Shown one piece after another: positions 14,033 through 26,756 of a DNA stretch of 64,000 bases (position 1 is the stretch's first letter; every line of letters starts with the position of its first letter). The notes beneath the pieces are model-generated. The model had not been told where the DNA came from, made no database searches, and saw only the letters and a list, made by a program, of their open reading frames with translations. The stretch covers positions 6,200,001 to 6,264,000 of the forward strand of contig CP075493.1 in assembly GCA_021613535.1 (NCBI GenBank), read 5' to 3'. This stretch comes from Adineta vaga. Lineage: Eukaryota; Animalia; Rotifera. The position numbers and the translations under genes are program-made.

Positions 14033-15916
14033 TCATCTTTCTTTTTCGCAAAAATTTACCACACAAACAACACATTTTGGTGGATCAAGTTCTGGAACAT
14101 TTGGTGATTTTGTATATGATGTATCTGTTTGAGCTGATGGAGAATATCTTTGATCACTGTTGAATGATTCTTGACAACTCAGACTTGTTGTTGTTCCACT
14201 TGTACTTTTTTCAATTCCATCATCAATATCAACAACATTAACATCAGGATCATCCATCGTTGGTGGAAGTGGAGAAGATAAACGATGATGATTGGCTATT
14301 GCTGTTACAGCTGCTAATTGTTCTCTCTAAAGAATGTTAAACAAGAGTTTTTTTTGTTTCTTCTTCTTTTCTTCTCAAGTACCTTTCTTGAACATTGTTG
14401 AACATGAGCAAAGAAATATTCATCATCCGTAGTAATTGGAATTGGTTGATAACATATTGGACAACTTCGAGTATCATTACGAATTAATCGACGATTATGG
14501 AGTTGTAATTTAGCTGAAAGAAAAAGTTCGAAGTTTTTATCTAGGAAATAAAAGAACTATTTACCATTCAAACGTTGTTGTCGACTTGTTCGTACACGTA
14601 AAAATGTCTAAAATCATATCAAATCATAAAAACAAAGAAAGAAAAAGAATTAGTTTGATCTTCGTACTTCGTAACGTGTTTTGAATGTTTGATCAATATT
14701 ATTATTATTATTATCATGGAGAATCTAGAAAGATAAAGTTATAGTTAATTTTAGAAGGAAAATTGCGTAATAATTTACTTTATTTCCACATTTTGATTTT
14801 TGTTGTCGTCGTTCCATCGTTTCAAGTTCATGTTGAATATGTGTGATCATATCTTGTCCATTTAATGATATTTGACAAATGGGACATTGTGGATTTTGTA
14901 GATCAATTGTGGATGATCGACATCGATGGTCTGAAAAAGAAGAAAAAAAGAACAGATATTTAATTAAACGAGCTGTTCATCCTTTTCTTTGCGAGTGAAG
15001 AGTTTGATTATTTTATTACTTGAGGATCACTATCACATACCATATGTCTAAATAGCCTCAGATGAATATTTGATTGTACAGCTGAATAAAATACGTGAAA
15101 ATGTCTGTTTGTATCAATAAGAGTTTCTAGTTGCCCCCGAGTGACTGATTAGACGTACTTGATTTTTAAAGAGTAAGAAAGAGAAAATCACCGTCTGTGC
15201 AATGAAACTAGTCGTATTAAATCTCGATCGATCAATCTTTGATCTTATTTATGACTGCAAATGATGATTCTCATTGAAAATAAAGTGTCTGTTAAGAGTA
15301 ACATCCTGTGTGGATTTTTCACAAGATACTGTGAGAGGAAACTAATTTCTCACACATATAATTGATTGTTTACGTCTTCCGTTAATTAATAAAATAGCAA
15401 AGGAGAAGAAAAAAATTGGTGAGATTCTTAACTAGGTAGGTTCATCTGTGAGCTTTTTCTTTTTCTTCTTTGATCAGTTAAAGGTGTTTGTATGCAATTG
15501 ATATTCATACCTGTCGATCTTCCGAAACTTTCATCGCTACTTGATGTTGTTTCATAATGATTTTCATCATGAAAATTATTCTTAAATCTCTTTCCAGTTG
15601 GTAAAAATGCCGAAGAATCAGATGAAGAATTGTTCATACTACTATTAAATAATGGACGAAACGCTGCTGCATAAGGGTAATGTTGAAATAGACTTGAAAA
15701 AAGATTATGTGAATGTGCGGCTGCTGCTGCTGCTGCTGTTGTTGTCGATGATGCCGGTGATGATGATTGATTCAAAAGTGTATTAACTGAGAAAGCAGCA
15801 TTAAAACCTGAAACAGGACTCTTTTCTGGACTTGTATTAGGTGATGATATTGGTTGCCGAAGTGAACGAAATGCTGCAGCCATATCAATAGGATGCCATA
15901 TTGATGGATGATACAT
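14033..15916 (-). CDS. RNF220-like protein; C-terminal RING appears truncated or degenerate; 3' end uncertain
   Basis: Low-complexity N-terminal exon, zinc-finger-like PQCPICQISL..HIQHE, RYETFLRVRTSRQQRL, SCPICYQ..FAHVQQC, acidic DVNVVD and PKCVVC, in the RNF220-family order. Confidence 0.7.
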
Positions 15917-16023
15917 AATTATTTAGTAGATAATATAAAACTTAATCATTCAATATGAAAAAAAAGGAAAAGTGATTGAGTTCTTTTCTCTTTCTGTGCA
16001 AATAAACGAGGGGGCGAGGGAGC

Positions 16024-16041
16024 GAGAGAGAGAGAGAGAGA
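16024..16041. repeat. (GA)n microsatellite upstream of the RNF220-like gene
   Basis: GAGAGAGAGA run seen directly. Confidence 0.8.
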
Positions 16042-19000
16042 CAAAAAAAGAAATAGAAAGAGAGAAGTCTAACTTGATTGGTAGTTAGAGAAAGACGAAG
16101 AAGAAATGTTTATATTCATTGAAGCGAAGAAAGAAAAAGAGATGCGAAGAAACGAAGGGCATGATTTGATTGAGTTTTGCTTGCGCCAGTTACAACTATC
16201 CTCACGCACATACTTTCTTTTCCACCCTCTAGCAGCTCATTGTCGATGTAACGCGTACATGCATAGAAGAAAAAATAAACCACTACTAACATAACTACCA
16301 ATAGGAGAGTATATGTTCTTATCAATAATTGGTTGATCGAGCAAAAAGAAGAAAGAAGAAAAAGGAAAGACAGAACAGACAGAATCTTCTCGTGTATTTA
16401 TCTCATAATACAGTTTGGTGGTGTCTGCTTGTTTGCTAACTGACATATGTCAGACATCGATTGATGATAATCATAACAAAGAAAAATGACCGATCTATAA
16501 AGAACATAAGGTGTGCATTTTCATTCATTATTTCTTCACGTAATACAAACAGAATATACTTGAAGAGAACTGTATTGATTGCATACGTTCGATGTCATCG
16601 TCAAAGATGATCGATGGGCTTCTTTTGTATGATTTCTTTTTTGCTACATTAAAATTAGGTTGCAATGATCAGGTAAACGAAGGTAGAGACACATATACAT
16701 ATGAGAAATGAATCACTTTTTGATGAGCATGTAATCACGAGATATCGAATATGAGAAAAAAATCAGTGTCATATAAATAATTTAATGTCACTGTCATTTT
16801 CCATTTTTCTTAAGGCAAATAATGTATATAATACGAAAACGACTCATTCCTAGTAGCTGTTGCTGTCTCTATGTCATCTTGTGATACTTAGTGGCTCCAG
16901 ATGGTGTGTGTGTGTGTATGTGTATATGTATAAGTATGTGTCGTTTAAACAAGATGACTTTTCTTCTCGTCATAGACAACACATACTCAATTGAAGTTTA
17001 TATGAATGAAAGATAGAAAGAATAAGGCCAATTAACACTCTGAACAAATTAGAAATACATTCTGCTAGAGATGGATGGATATTGCGGTTTGTTCTTTCTT
17101 TCTTTTTCATTTCGTTTGTGCCTCATTGCAAATCGTTCAGAAGACGGCACGCGTGAGTAAACTGTATTCTTGATGTGATGCATCGATGACAATTCTTGTC
17201 GAAATTGACTGTTAATGAAGGATATCGATGAGTATGTATCAATGTGAAGCACATATGGAAGATGGCAGGTATATAATTGAAAAAGAAAAGAGAAAAAAAA
17301 CTACACACGCGTGAGTGCGTGATCTTTTTCTTTCTTGCTACTCTCTTGTCTTGTCATTGTCAATAATAATTGATCGGTTATTGATAGTTCAGACGATTAA
17401 TAAAATGAAAACGAAGCTAAAATGTAACTAGAGTGTATGTAAATCGAAGTGATGTGTCTGAAGAAAGATCAAACATTCAGAATAAGAGGAATACTGCTGA
17501 GTAAAATGTTTGCATTAGAACGATTAGGATGTCGACATGTTTTGTTTATACCATTTTGTCGGAATGTATATAAGTACAATAAGATTTATTTGTGACATTC
17601 GGTCAATGTATCAGAATACTGACAGAGATCAAAGTAGAATAAAAGATACTATATAGTCAAATATCCATCAATGGATAATGTCTACTTTTACTTCGTATAC
17701 TATTAATATTTATCAAGACAAGAAGAAAAAAAAAGAGAAAATTCTTTGTTTCTCTGGAGATTATGTTCGATGAATATAGATGTTAAAGTTACATTTCTAA
17801 ATGATGATAAATTATCATTGTCATCAACATGTTCTCCAAGGATCGACTTGCTAATAATGAAACATATGTTTTAGACTGATTTTCCGCCTCCATCTTGACG
17901 GGATACTTACAAATCATAAACATGCAACAGGTCTCTTTACTCTATCTCTATCGATAAATTTATTGAATTGTGGTAGTGTAGCAAACAATTCAATCATTCA
18001 CACGAAACAAACTGACTTCATTTTTTCAAAGTTTTCACGATATTTTCTCTCACAATAGTTCTTATTTGTTCAGTATAGTATAAACAGAGATTAATTACTT
18101 GCATTCATGTCTATGTCAAATTTTATCAAATAACACACTAACAAATTTCAAACGATGGCAAGATTTATCATAGACTAACTGATACCGAAGTTACATGGTA
18201 ATAAAAATAAAAATTCTATATTTGGCCTACGAACAACAGAGAAATATAATTCATGCATCTGTTAATAAACCAAACACTAGAAAAACAAATCCACATACCG
18301 TTCAACTCTGTAAGTTTATCAAAGTTGAAATGGTATGCGAGAGTTATATTGAGTTTTATTATTCCATGGTTTCACTATGACAGTAAGTTCTTTGATTAAA
18401 ACTAGTAGATTATTACGCGCCTTTTTATGTCAAAACGTATCTGGTCAAAGTGCGTTACAAATGTTATTGACAGATAATTGTGGATACATCGTGAGAAACT
18501 AAATATAATACCAATTATTATCATTCTTTAAAAATTCAAAATGAAATGAGGTGTTGTCATAATCTATTGAATTGTTTTTCAGTTAAATGAAATATAAAGT
18601 AACAACGGACTATAATCACTAATATTTGCTTTCTGTAAAATCGTGCCTTTCTAGGATCTAACATTAATCGTATTATCTGTGAATATTAATAGTCAGCCTG
18701 TTGATATTCATTTCAAATATTCGAATTATTTGATTGTGTGTTGCTTTTGTCAAGGTGCATATCATGAAATGGTAAATGTACTATGTAGGGTATAAAGTTT
18801 TACTATCACATGCAAAATGACCTGTATGAAAGAAGATTTCGAATTAAACTTTCGTTTAAGTCAATATTTATATCATGAAATTGAAGATAATGTTCGATTG
18901 ATAATAGATTCAAAGAAGAAATTCTTTATTATTTTGAACTCCGCATGTCAAATCGAAATATAATTTAGCCGAAAAGTATCAATAATCTCAATGAAATCAT

Positions 19001-19300
19001 TTGAAATGGATTTCTTGAGGCGCAGAATAATCGGCTTTCTAAATTTTCAAATCTATGTCGTTTTAGAATCGAAAACGAAAAGTTCCTCACATCTTTTCAT
19101 TTCATTTCATTTCTAAACAGATCCTTCTTTTAAAAATCGTAGATTGGTTCAAATTTATTTCACACATTAATGCAGAGAACAGTCAAGAAAAGAGAAGAAA
19201 AAAAAGCGACATCTATTAAAACATACTCATTATCAATATGTCAGTTCGTTGAGTAATAATAAACAACATATACATTATTGAAATCATTTCGTTGAAAACA

Positions 19301-21754
19301 ATGGCGGAATATCGCAATGTTGTTTTGACATTAAGTGATGTTTTATTACCATCAGAAAAACTTTATCCAAATCCTACACCATCAATGCTTGAAGGTTTAC
19401 CATGGGATGTTGAATATGATCTAAGATTAATTGGATGTGAACTGATTCAAAGTGCTTGTTTGCTTTTGAAATTACCTCAAGTATAAATATTGAAAAATTT
19501 TTATGTTATATATTTTTGTATTGTTTTAGACAGCAGTAGCGACTGGTCAAGTATTATTTCATCGTTATTATTATAGTTCATCATTTATTCGTCGTCCGAT
19601 GGAAATTATGGCTATGGCTTGTACGAATCTTGCTGCTAAGATTGAAGAAAATGCTCGACGTATTCGCGATATTATTAATGTCTTTCATCATATTAAACAA
19701 GTTCGATCGGGAAGGTACGATAAAATTGATTATCCTCTTCGATTATGAATTCAATTTATTCTAGTATCATTCAACCATTATTAATCGATCAAACGTATGT
19801 CGATCGAAAGAGTGAAGTGATCAAAGGTGAACAACGTTTATTACGAGAACTTGGTTTTTGTGTTTATGTTAAACATCCACATAAAGTAAATCAATTTCAT
19901 TTTTTTATTGAATGAATCTAATATTTTTGTATCATTTAGATGATTGCAATGTATTTAAAAGTTTTGGAAAAAGAACAACAAAAAGATCTAGTTCAAACTT
20001 CTTGGTAGGTACTATTGTCCTCATAAATTATTTGCTACCAGAAAACAAAATGAGTATATGATTAGTGAGAGTTTTCTTTTCAGGCGGAGTAATAAAAAAA
20101 GACTATCTTGATTGATATTTAATCTTAACTTTTTAAAATTAACTTCTTTCTTGTCTTTCGTCCAGGATTAATGGAATATATGAACAGATACACTCGACTC
20201 TAATTCGAATATGATCAAGTATCGGTCGGTATAAGTTTCTCTTCTTTTTATTTTTGAAACTATTCATTTCACATATGTTTTCTGTATGTTTCAGTTTTAT
20301 CGAAAATGATTTTGTTGTTATGTTGGATTCATTCGTTTTTCTTTTACAAGATGAACAAAGCTGAAGAAATACTTTCAGAAAACAATTATTGATTATGACA
20401 TATCATATGATTAAAAAATAACTTTTATTCTATGAGTAAACTCAATAAATCAGTTCTAGTTCGAATATTTGCAAATAAGTTTCGTAATGATTCTATTGCT
20501 GTAGACTTTTCGAAACGTTTTTTTTTCAGCTTTGTTCTTCGTAAACATAACATATGAATCATTATCGATAACTTTCCTCTGACTTGAGAATATGATTACC
20601 GAAATACCGATACTTGATAGGAGAGATCTTTGTTCATCATCTTTCAAATTAATATAATCTATAAGTTTTCTTTTCTTTTGTTGTTTATTTTAGGAATTAT
20701 ATGAATGATAGTTTACGAACGGATATTTTTCTACGTTTTCCACCGGAAACAATCGCTTGTGCTTGTATTGATCTAGCTGCACGAACTCTTCAAGTAAGAA
20801 AATCAGTTTGTGTTTCAATTTGATTCTTTATTTTCTAATCGAATAGATTCCCCTACCGAAAAATCCACAATGGTATTTGATATTCGGTGCAAAACCCGAC
20901 GAAATTCGTTACATCATGATTTCTGTTCTTCGTTTATATAATCATCGAACGGTAAAAAGACTGACGTTTGATACATATTCTCTTGACTTTTTTTTTGTAT
21001 TTTTCTATTTAGAAATCACTTGATGAAGTGAAAAAAATTGTGAATACAATTCGAGAAAAACGTGATGACGATAGAAAACGATTTCGACAAGAAACTGGTA
21101 ATGATTCGCCAGCTCAACAATCGACTGTTCAAATAGCTCTATCATCAGCTGTTAGTTCGTTTTCAACACCAACGAATATTAAATCTGAAGGTAAGAAAAT
21201 GATTTGTACTAGTAATTTCTTTATTTTATACTTTTGTTTTATTTCGTTCAGCATCCGCTGTGATTGTACCACCCTCAATAAAAGTAGTAGTGGAAGAAGT
21301 GATAACGACAACTTTGAATGGAACAACCACAAAACCAAATGATCATGGAAGTTCACGTGAATCATCAACAGTAAATAACCATCGACACCATCATCATCAT
21401 CATCGACGAAGAAAAAGTAAAACTCGAAGCAGGTAAAAAAACTTGTTGCTTTCAACTTCATATTGAAACAACATTATCGATTATCATGTGTTTCATTTAG
21501 ATCTCATTCACGATCACCTTCTCGAAAGAAGAAGAAAACATCTCATCGAAGTCGTTCTCGATCTCGGTATAAATCTTAATGAATACATTTTTCTACATCT
21601 AATCATTTTTCTATTTGTTAATCTTAGTTCATCATCTCATAGAAATCGTCGACATGAAAAAGATCATCGATATCATAGTAGTCATACATCGCATAATCAT
21701 CGAAAAAAAGATAAAAAACGACGATCACGTTCCACATCACGTGACAACAAGTAA
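19301..21754 (+). CDS. CCNL1: Cyclin L with C-terminal RS domain
   Basis: [72 protein letters not shown] and an Arg/Ser-rich tail. Confidence 0.95.
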
Positions 21755-21942
21755 ATCCACGTGATCATATTTTATTATCAAATCTTTCTTCTGTCTTTCT
21801 ATTTTAGTCATTCTTCGAATCATTATGGATCAACTAAAGATGCAAATAATAATATAGATCACAAATCTATCACACAGATCAACGGTGTTTCCTCTTCGTC
21901 TTATAGAAAAGTTTATCTAAAAGAATAAAACTAGTCGTGTTC

Positions 21943-21962
21943 TATATATATATATATATATA
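21943..21962. repeat. (TA)n microsatellite
   Basis: TATATATA run seen directly. Confidence 0.8.
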
Positions 21963-22081
21963 AATTTATAATTGTAACTTGTATGAAAATTTAAGAAAAG
22001 TTAGAAAAAAAAATCAAGATCAAAACTAATTTTGTTTTTCATTCAAACTAGATTTTTGTAGATGAACAGTGTGTTTTCTTC

Positions 22082-24367
22082 ATGACGAATTCATCGAAAC
22101 GTTTAGAAGCACATTTGAAATTACGTGAGGATGAATATACACGCTACGAACAATTTCACGTACTTGTAGGTACATTTAACGTTAATAATCGACAAGCACC
22201 ATCGAATATTTTACTGGAACAATGGCTTTATCAAGTAACTGATAAAGAAGATAAGAAAGAGATTTACCTACCGGATATAATTGCTGTTGGTTTTCAAGAA
22301 ATTGATACTAGTGGTGGTGCATATATTTATGATGATAAGAAAAAAGAAGACGAATGGCAACAATTAGTTAAGAAAACAATTGAATCATGTTATGAAAAAA
22401 ATGATAAAGACAATGTTAAATATGAATTATTGAATCAAGTTAGACTAATGGGTAAGTTAAACTATTAATTCGATTACTTCTTGATGAAATATCATTTTAG
22501 GTATATTATTATTCGTTTATGTTCGTTCAATTCATAAAAACAAATGTACATATATATCACGTTCGTCGGTTCCAACGGGTTTTCTCGGTATTGCTGGCAA
22601 TAAAGGTGGTGTTGGTATTCGTTTTCGTTTTTATGAATCGGATATATGTTTTATAAATTCACATTTTGCTTCGGGTGATGGACAAACAACACGACGTAAT
22701 AATGATTATCAAACGATTGAATCAACCATGGCATTTACCGATGGTCCAACTTATTCAATTAAAGATTATATCTGGTATACACCAACGACACCTGCTAGTA
22801 GTATTCCTAGTACACAAAACTCATCAAGTTCTCATCAATGGTTTGTAAAAATCGATTGTTATTTTTACATAAAAACAATTTTTTTAGGTGGAAAATAAAC
22901 GATCATGATATTATATTTTGGTGTGGTGATATGAATTATCGAATATCTCATCCAAATGAACAAGTTCGTCAAGCTATAAGTGAACTTTCAACAGTTCCAT
23001 TACAGGAAAAAGATCAATTACGTTGCGAAATGAAATTAGAAAATGTCTTTACAAATTATTATGAACCATCGATTGAATTTATGCCAACATATAAATTCGA
23101 TATAAATACAGATAGATATGATACAAGTGAAAAAGCTCGTATACCATCATGGACGGATCGAATTGTATATCGATCAAAACGTACAAAAGTGACAAAAGAC
23201 AAGGAAGCAGAAGTTGATACAATTAAAACTATTCATTATTTATCAGCAGATAAGATTCGATTTAGTGATCATCGACCAGTTAGTGGTCTTTATACTGTTC
23301 TTATTAAATATGAATGTGATGAAAAACGTTCAAATCAAATTCGAGACGAATTAAATCGCGAATTTGATCGATTAGAAAATGATTCAATTCCAACAATTGA
23401 TGTTCATCCTCGACCACCAGAAATTCTCTTCACTAATGTACGATATTTAGATAAACCATCCTATCCATTAACAATCAAAAATACAGGTGAATGCGTATGT
23501 TCATGTACAATTTCACCATCAGCTATTTCACCATCATTTCAATCTTTAATATTTTCACCACCACCACCCTATCTTATTAATATCAAAGAACAACAACGTG
23601 TTAATATCAGTTTTGATGCAAGACTTCGAGTGAAATCTATTAGTGAAATTTTGATTTTACATGTTGAAAATGGTGCTGATACATTCATCACATTAGATAT
23701 TACATTCAATAATGGACCATTTGGTTTAGCATTAAATGAATATTCACCTACATTCTATGATAATGAAAGTAAAAAGTATATTTATTCAATAAAAGAACCA
23801 TCAAATTCAGAATCTATTACTGAAATGATTAATGATCCACCAGTACTCTATATTGCATTAATTGATACATTAAAAGAACGTTCCGATCTTAATCTATTAT
23901 ATATATTTAGCAATGAAACACAAGATTCACTTGATATTATTCCATTACGAGATCAAATCTATGAGAATAATTATGATTTTAGCAAATATGCAACAGCTGA
24001 ATTATTCATGATTCTTGTTCATCTTCTACAATCATTAAAAACACCTTTGATATCATTTGAAATTCAAGATAACATCTTTTCAAATTCCAATATAACTTTA
24101 ACTCAATCAAATGAGATGACAAGAGCAGTTAGTATACTTGTTGAACAATTGAAAAGCAAAGAACGAAATCTATTCTTTCGTTTACTTGCACTCTTACAAA
24201 AATGTTGGCCAACGAAAGAACAAATTGAAAAAATCGACGATGAATCGGGTGATGCATTCAATATATGTATTGATATCCTTGCTCTTTCAATTTTACACGA
24301 TCACCTTGATGGAAAACAACGGCATGCGTTTATTTTAGCTTGTCTCAATGAGGAAAAGAAAACATAG
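22082..24367 (+). CDS. OCRL: OCRL/INPP5B-like inositol polyphosphate 5-phosphatase (5-phosphatase, ASH-like, degenerate RhoGAP-like; no N-terminal PH domain seen)
   Basis: GTFNVN, DIIAVGFQE, GNKGGV, FINSHF, WCGDMNYR, PTYKFD, PSWTDRI, SDHRPV, and ILILHVENGADTFITL (ASH). Three exons. Confidence 0.88.
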
Positions 24368-24826
24368 CATATATTTAGTTTTTTTCTTTACTTTATTCCT
24401 AGCAATGTCCATTCTCTTTCCTTGTTGTTCGCTTCGACAGTTTGTGTCATAAATATTTTCATTTCTTTTAATAAAGTTACGAAATGTATTCAATAAGTCC
24501 TTTTACAAATATAGTTTGATATGATTATAATTATTACCAATGAAAGATTTTGTGATGGTGTTTCTTTTTTTGTATGTTTATTAAATCCCTTGTAGGAATA
24601 TGTGTGTCTACGTATATATATATATAGAGAGAGAGAGGGAATATTGATAAATAGGAAAAGAAGAAAATTAATTATTAGAAAGTATATATATATTTTGCTT
24701 TCTCTTTGAGTGATTCTTCTTTCACGACAACAAAAAACATTAACCAGTAAATATATACGTATGTATGGGAACATTATTTGTTTGTTTTGTGTTTTTTTCC
24801 AAGTATATATATATATGTATGTCTCC

Positions 24827-26350
24827 TCAAGCAAGAAAAACGATAAAGATAAGAAAAAATATGATCAATACAGCGAACACTTTGATAATAAGCCAACGAT
24901 TGGATGTAACCGAACGAAGATATTTGAGTAATTCTGTATGTGCACCTTCGATATGTTGTGTTGCATCGTCAACATTCGCATCAATTCTAAAAATAAATAA
25001 AAATGTCGAAGTAAAATTATACCTGAAGAATAATTTTACCTATGAACAAGTTCTTCCTGTTGTCGAACCATCGTAGCTAGTTGTGTAAAAATATCGCCAA
25101 GTTCAATAATTGTTTGTTCTATATTCTGCATTGCTTCCGAACGATTTGCCAAGTACGTATCTGTTTCGTCAATAACTTGTAATTGTTGTTTCATAGATGA
25201 ATGATGCATGTTATCCGAACCCATATCTATAACTGCATCTCCTCCATTTGTTGCCCGTTGTTCATCGCGAAAAAGTACAGATGGACGACCTATGAAAAAA
25301 CGACAACAACTTAAATTATCTATATGGTTGTTAAAGTTTACCATTGATAACTGCTGGAGCACTAGTTAAAGATGAAGCTACAGTATTACGTGAAAAGTTA
25401 TCTCGACGTGATTTTTGATCTTTTAAATTCTAAACAAGAGATGATAGATTTCTAGTTTATGATCATCATCGATATCGATATAATAAAACATACTTGTGTT
25501 CGAGCTTCGAGAACTTGTTTGAAATCATTAGACATTGTAGCTAATTTCGACTAGACAAATAACAACGAATGAATTTCTTGTGAATATATAAAACAAGAAT
25601 CGAATTTATTTTACTTGTAAAACAAAAACAACTGAACTGGAATGTGTTTGAGAATTTTTCGAATTTGCAACATTCGTATTTTTCATATACTTTGAAAAGA
25701 AAAATGAAATAGATATATTCAATTAAATGAATGAAAATTATTCATAAATACTTGTTGAAGTTGTGCAATCTGTCGATTTAAATTACTGATATCTTGTTTG
25801 ATTGATAATGTTAGATCTTGAATTTCCATAGATTTATCATTAAATAATGAAGATTGCTTTGCAACTAAAATAGATTCAATAACAAAATAGAAGAACTAAC
25901 ATTATTAATTAACTTACTCATAGATAGTTGTTCTAATTTAAGAAATGTTTGCGATAGATCATTTCCAATTCGTTTTGCATGTTGCATAAATACTCCGCGT
26001 TGCTCTAAAGCTGTTTGAGGTTGATGACGACGAATAAGTGGAACTTGAGAAGGATTTACAAGACCATTCTGAAAATGTTCAATAAACATTCCATCTGTTA
26101 AATGTTGATAATAAATAAATAGACTTACTCGTCTACTAGCAAATGTTTTTACTGTTGTCTGAAATTCACCTGTCCGATCACGTCCGTTCGACATAATAGT
26201 TATTGGTAAAAAGAAAGAAGAAGAAGAAGTAGAAGAATTATTATTAAGAGTTTGATAAGGAAATGCTTCAAGAGTTTCAACAATAGTTGTTGTGGCGGGC
26301 GAATTTCTCAATATTGATGGTGCCCAACGATTTCGTGCTTCTTGCTGCAT
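24827..26350 (-). CDS. STX5: Syntaxin-5 (Qa-SNARE), in-frame starts at 26350 and 26194
   Basis: RDRTGEF Sly1-binding N-peptide, SNARE motif AMQNIEQTIIELGDIFTQLATMV..Q, C-terminal transmembrane segment RWLIIKVFAVLIIFFLIFIVFLA*. Confidence 0.95.
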
Positions 26351-26756
26351 ACACTAAATCCAAAATAATTATTGTTGATACACTTTAATAGCAATCATAC
26401 CAATTGAGAGAAGAGAAAATATATTGATTATATCTGAAAATTAGAAAGTTATTTTTAATTGAAAGAAGAAGAAAGAGAAGAAGAAGCACAATGATGATCA
26501 TCATTTTTCTTGAAATAAATAACAAATGAAATTAGACAAAAAAAAAGAAAAGAAAACAGAACTTGATCATCACATAGAAGAATTTATCAATGAAAGAAAG
26601 AGAGAAGAACCACCAATATTCTCATACCATACGAAACACATTGTAATAAATAAAAAGAAAACGAAGAAATTTGTGTCTTTTTCTCTCAAATAAAAGAATT
26701 AATTTGGAATGAAGAAATGAGATTCATGAAAGAAGGTTTCCGTACGAGTTAAGTAT

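Noticed and set aside
16106-18380. Short ORFs in the RNF220-cyclin L intergenic region
   Set aside because: Low-complexity AT-rich translations with no motifs or coherent splice structure.
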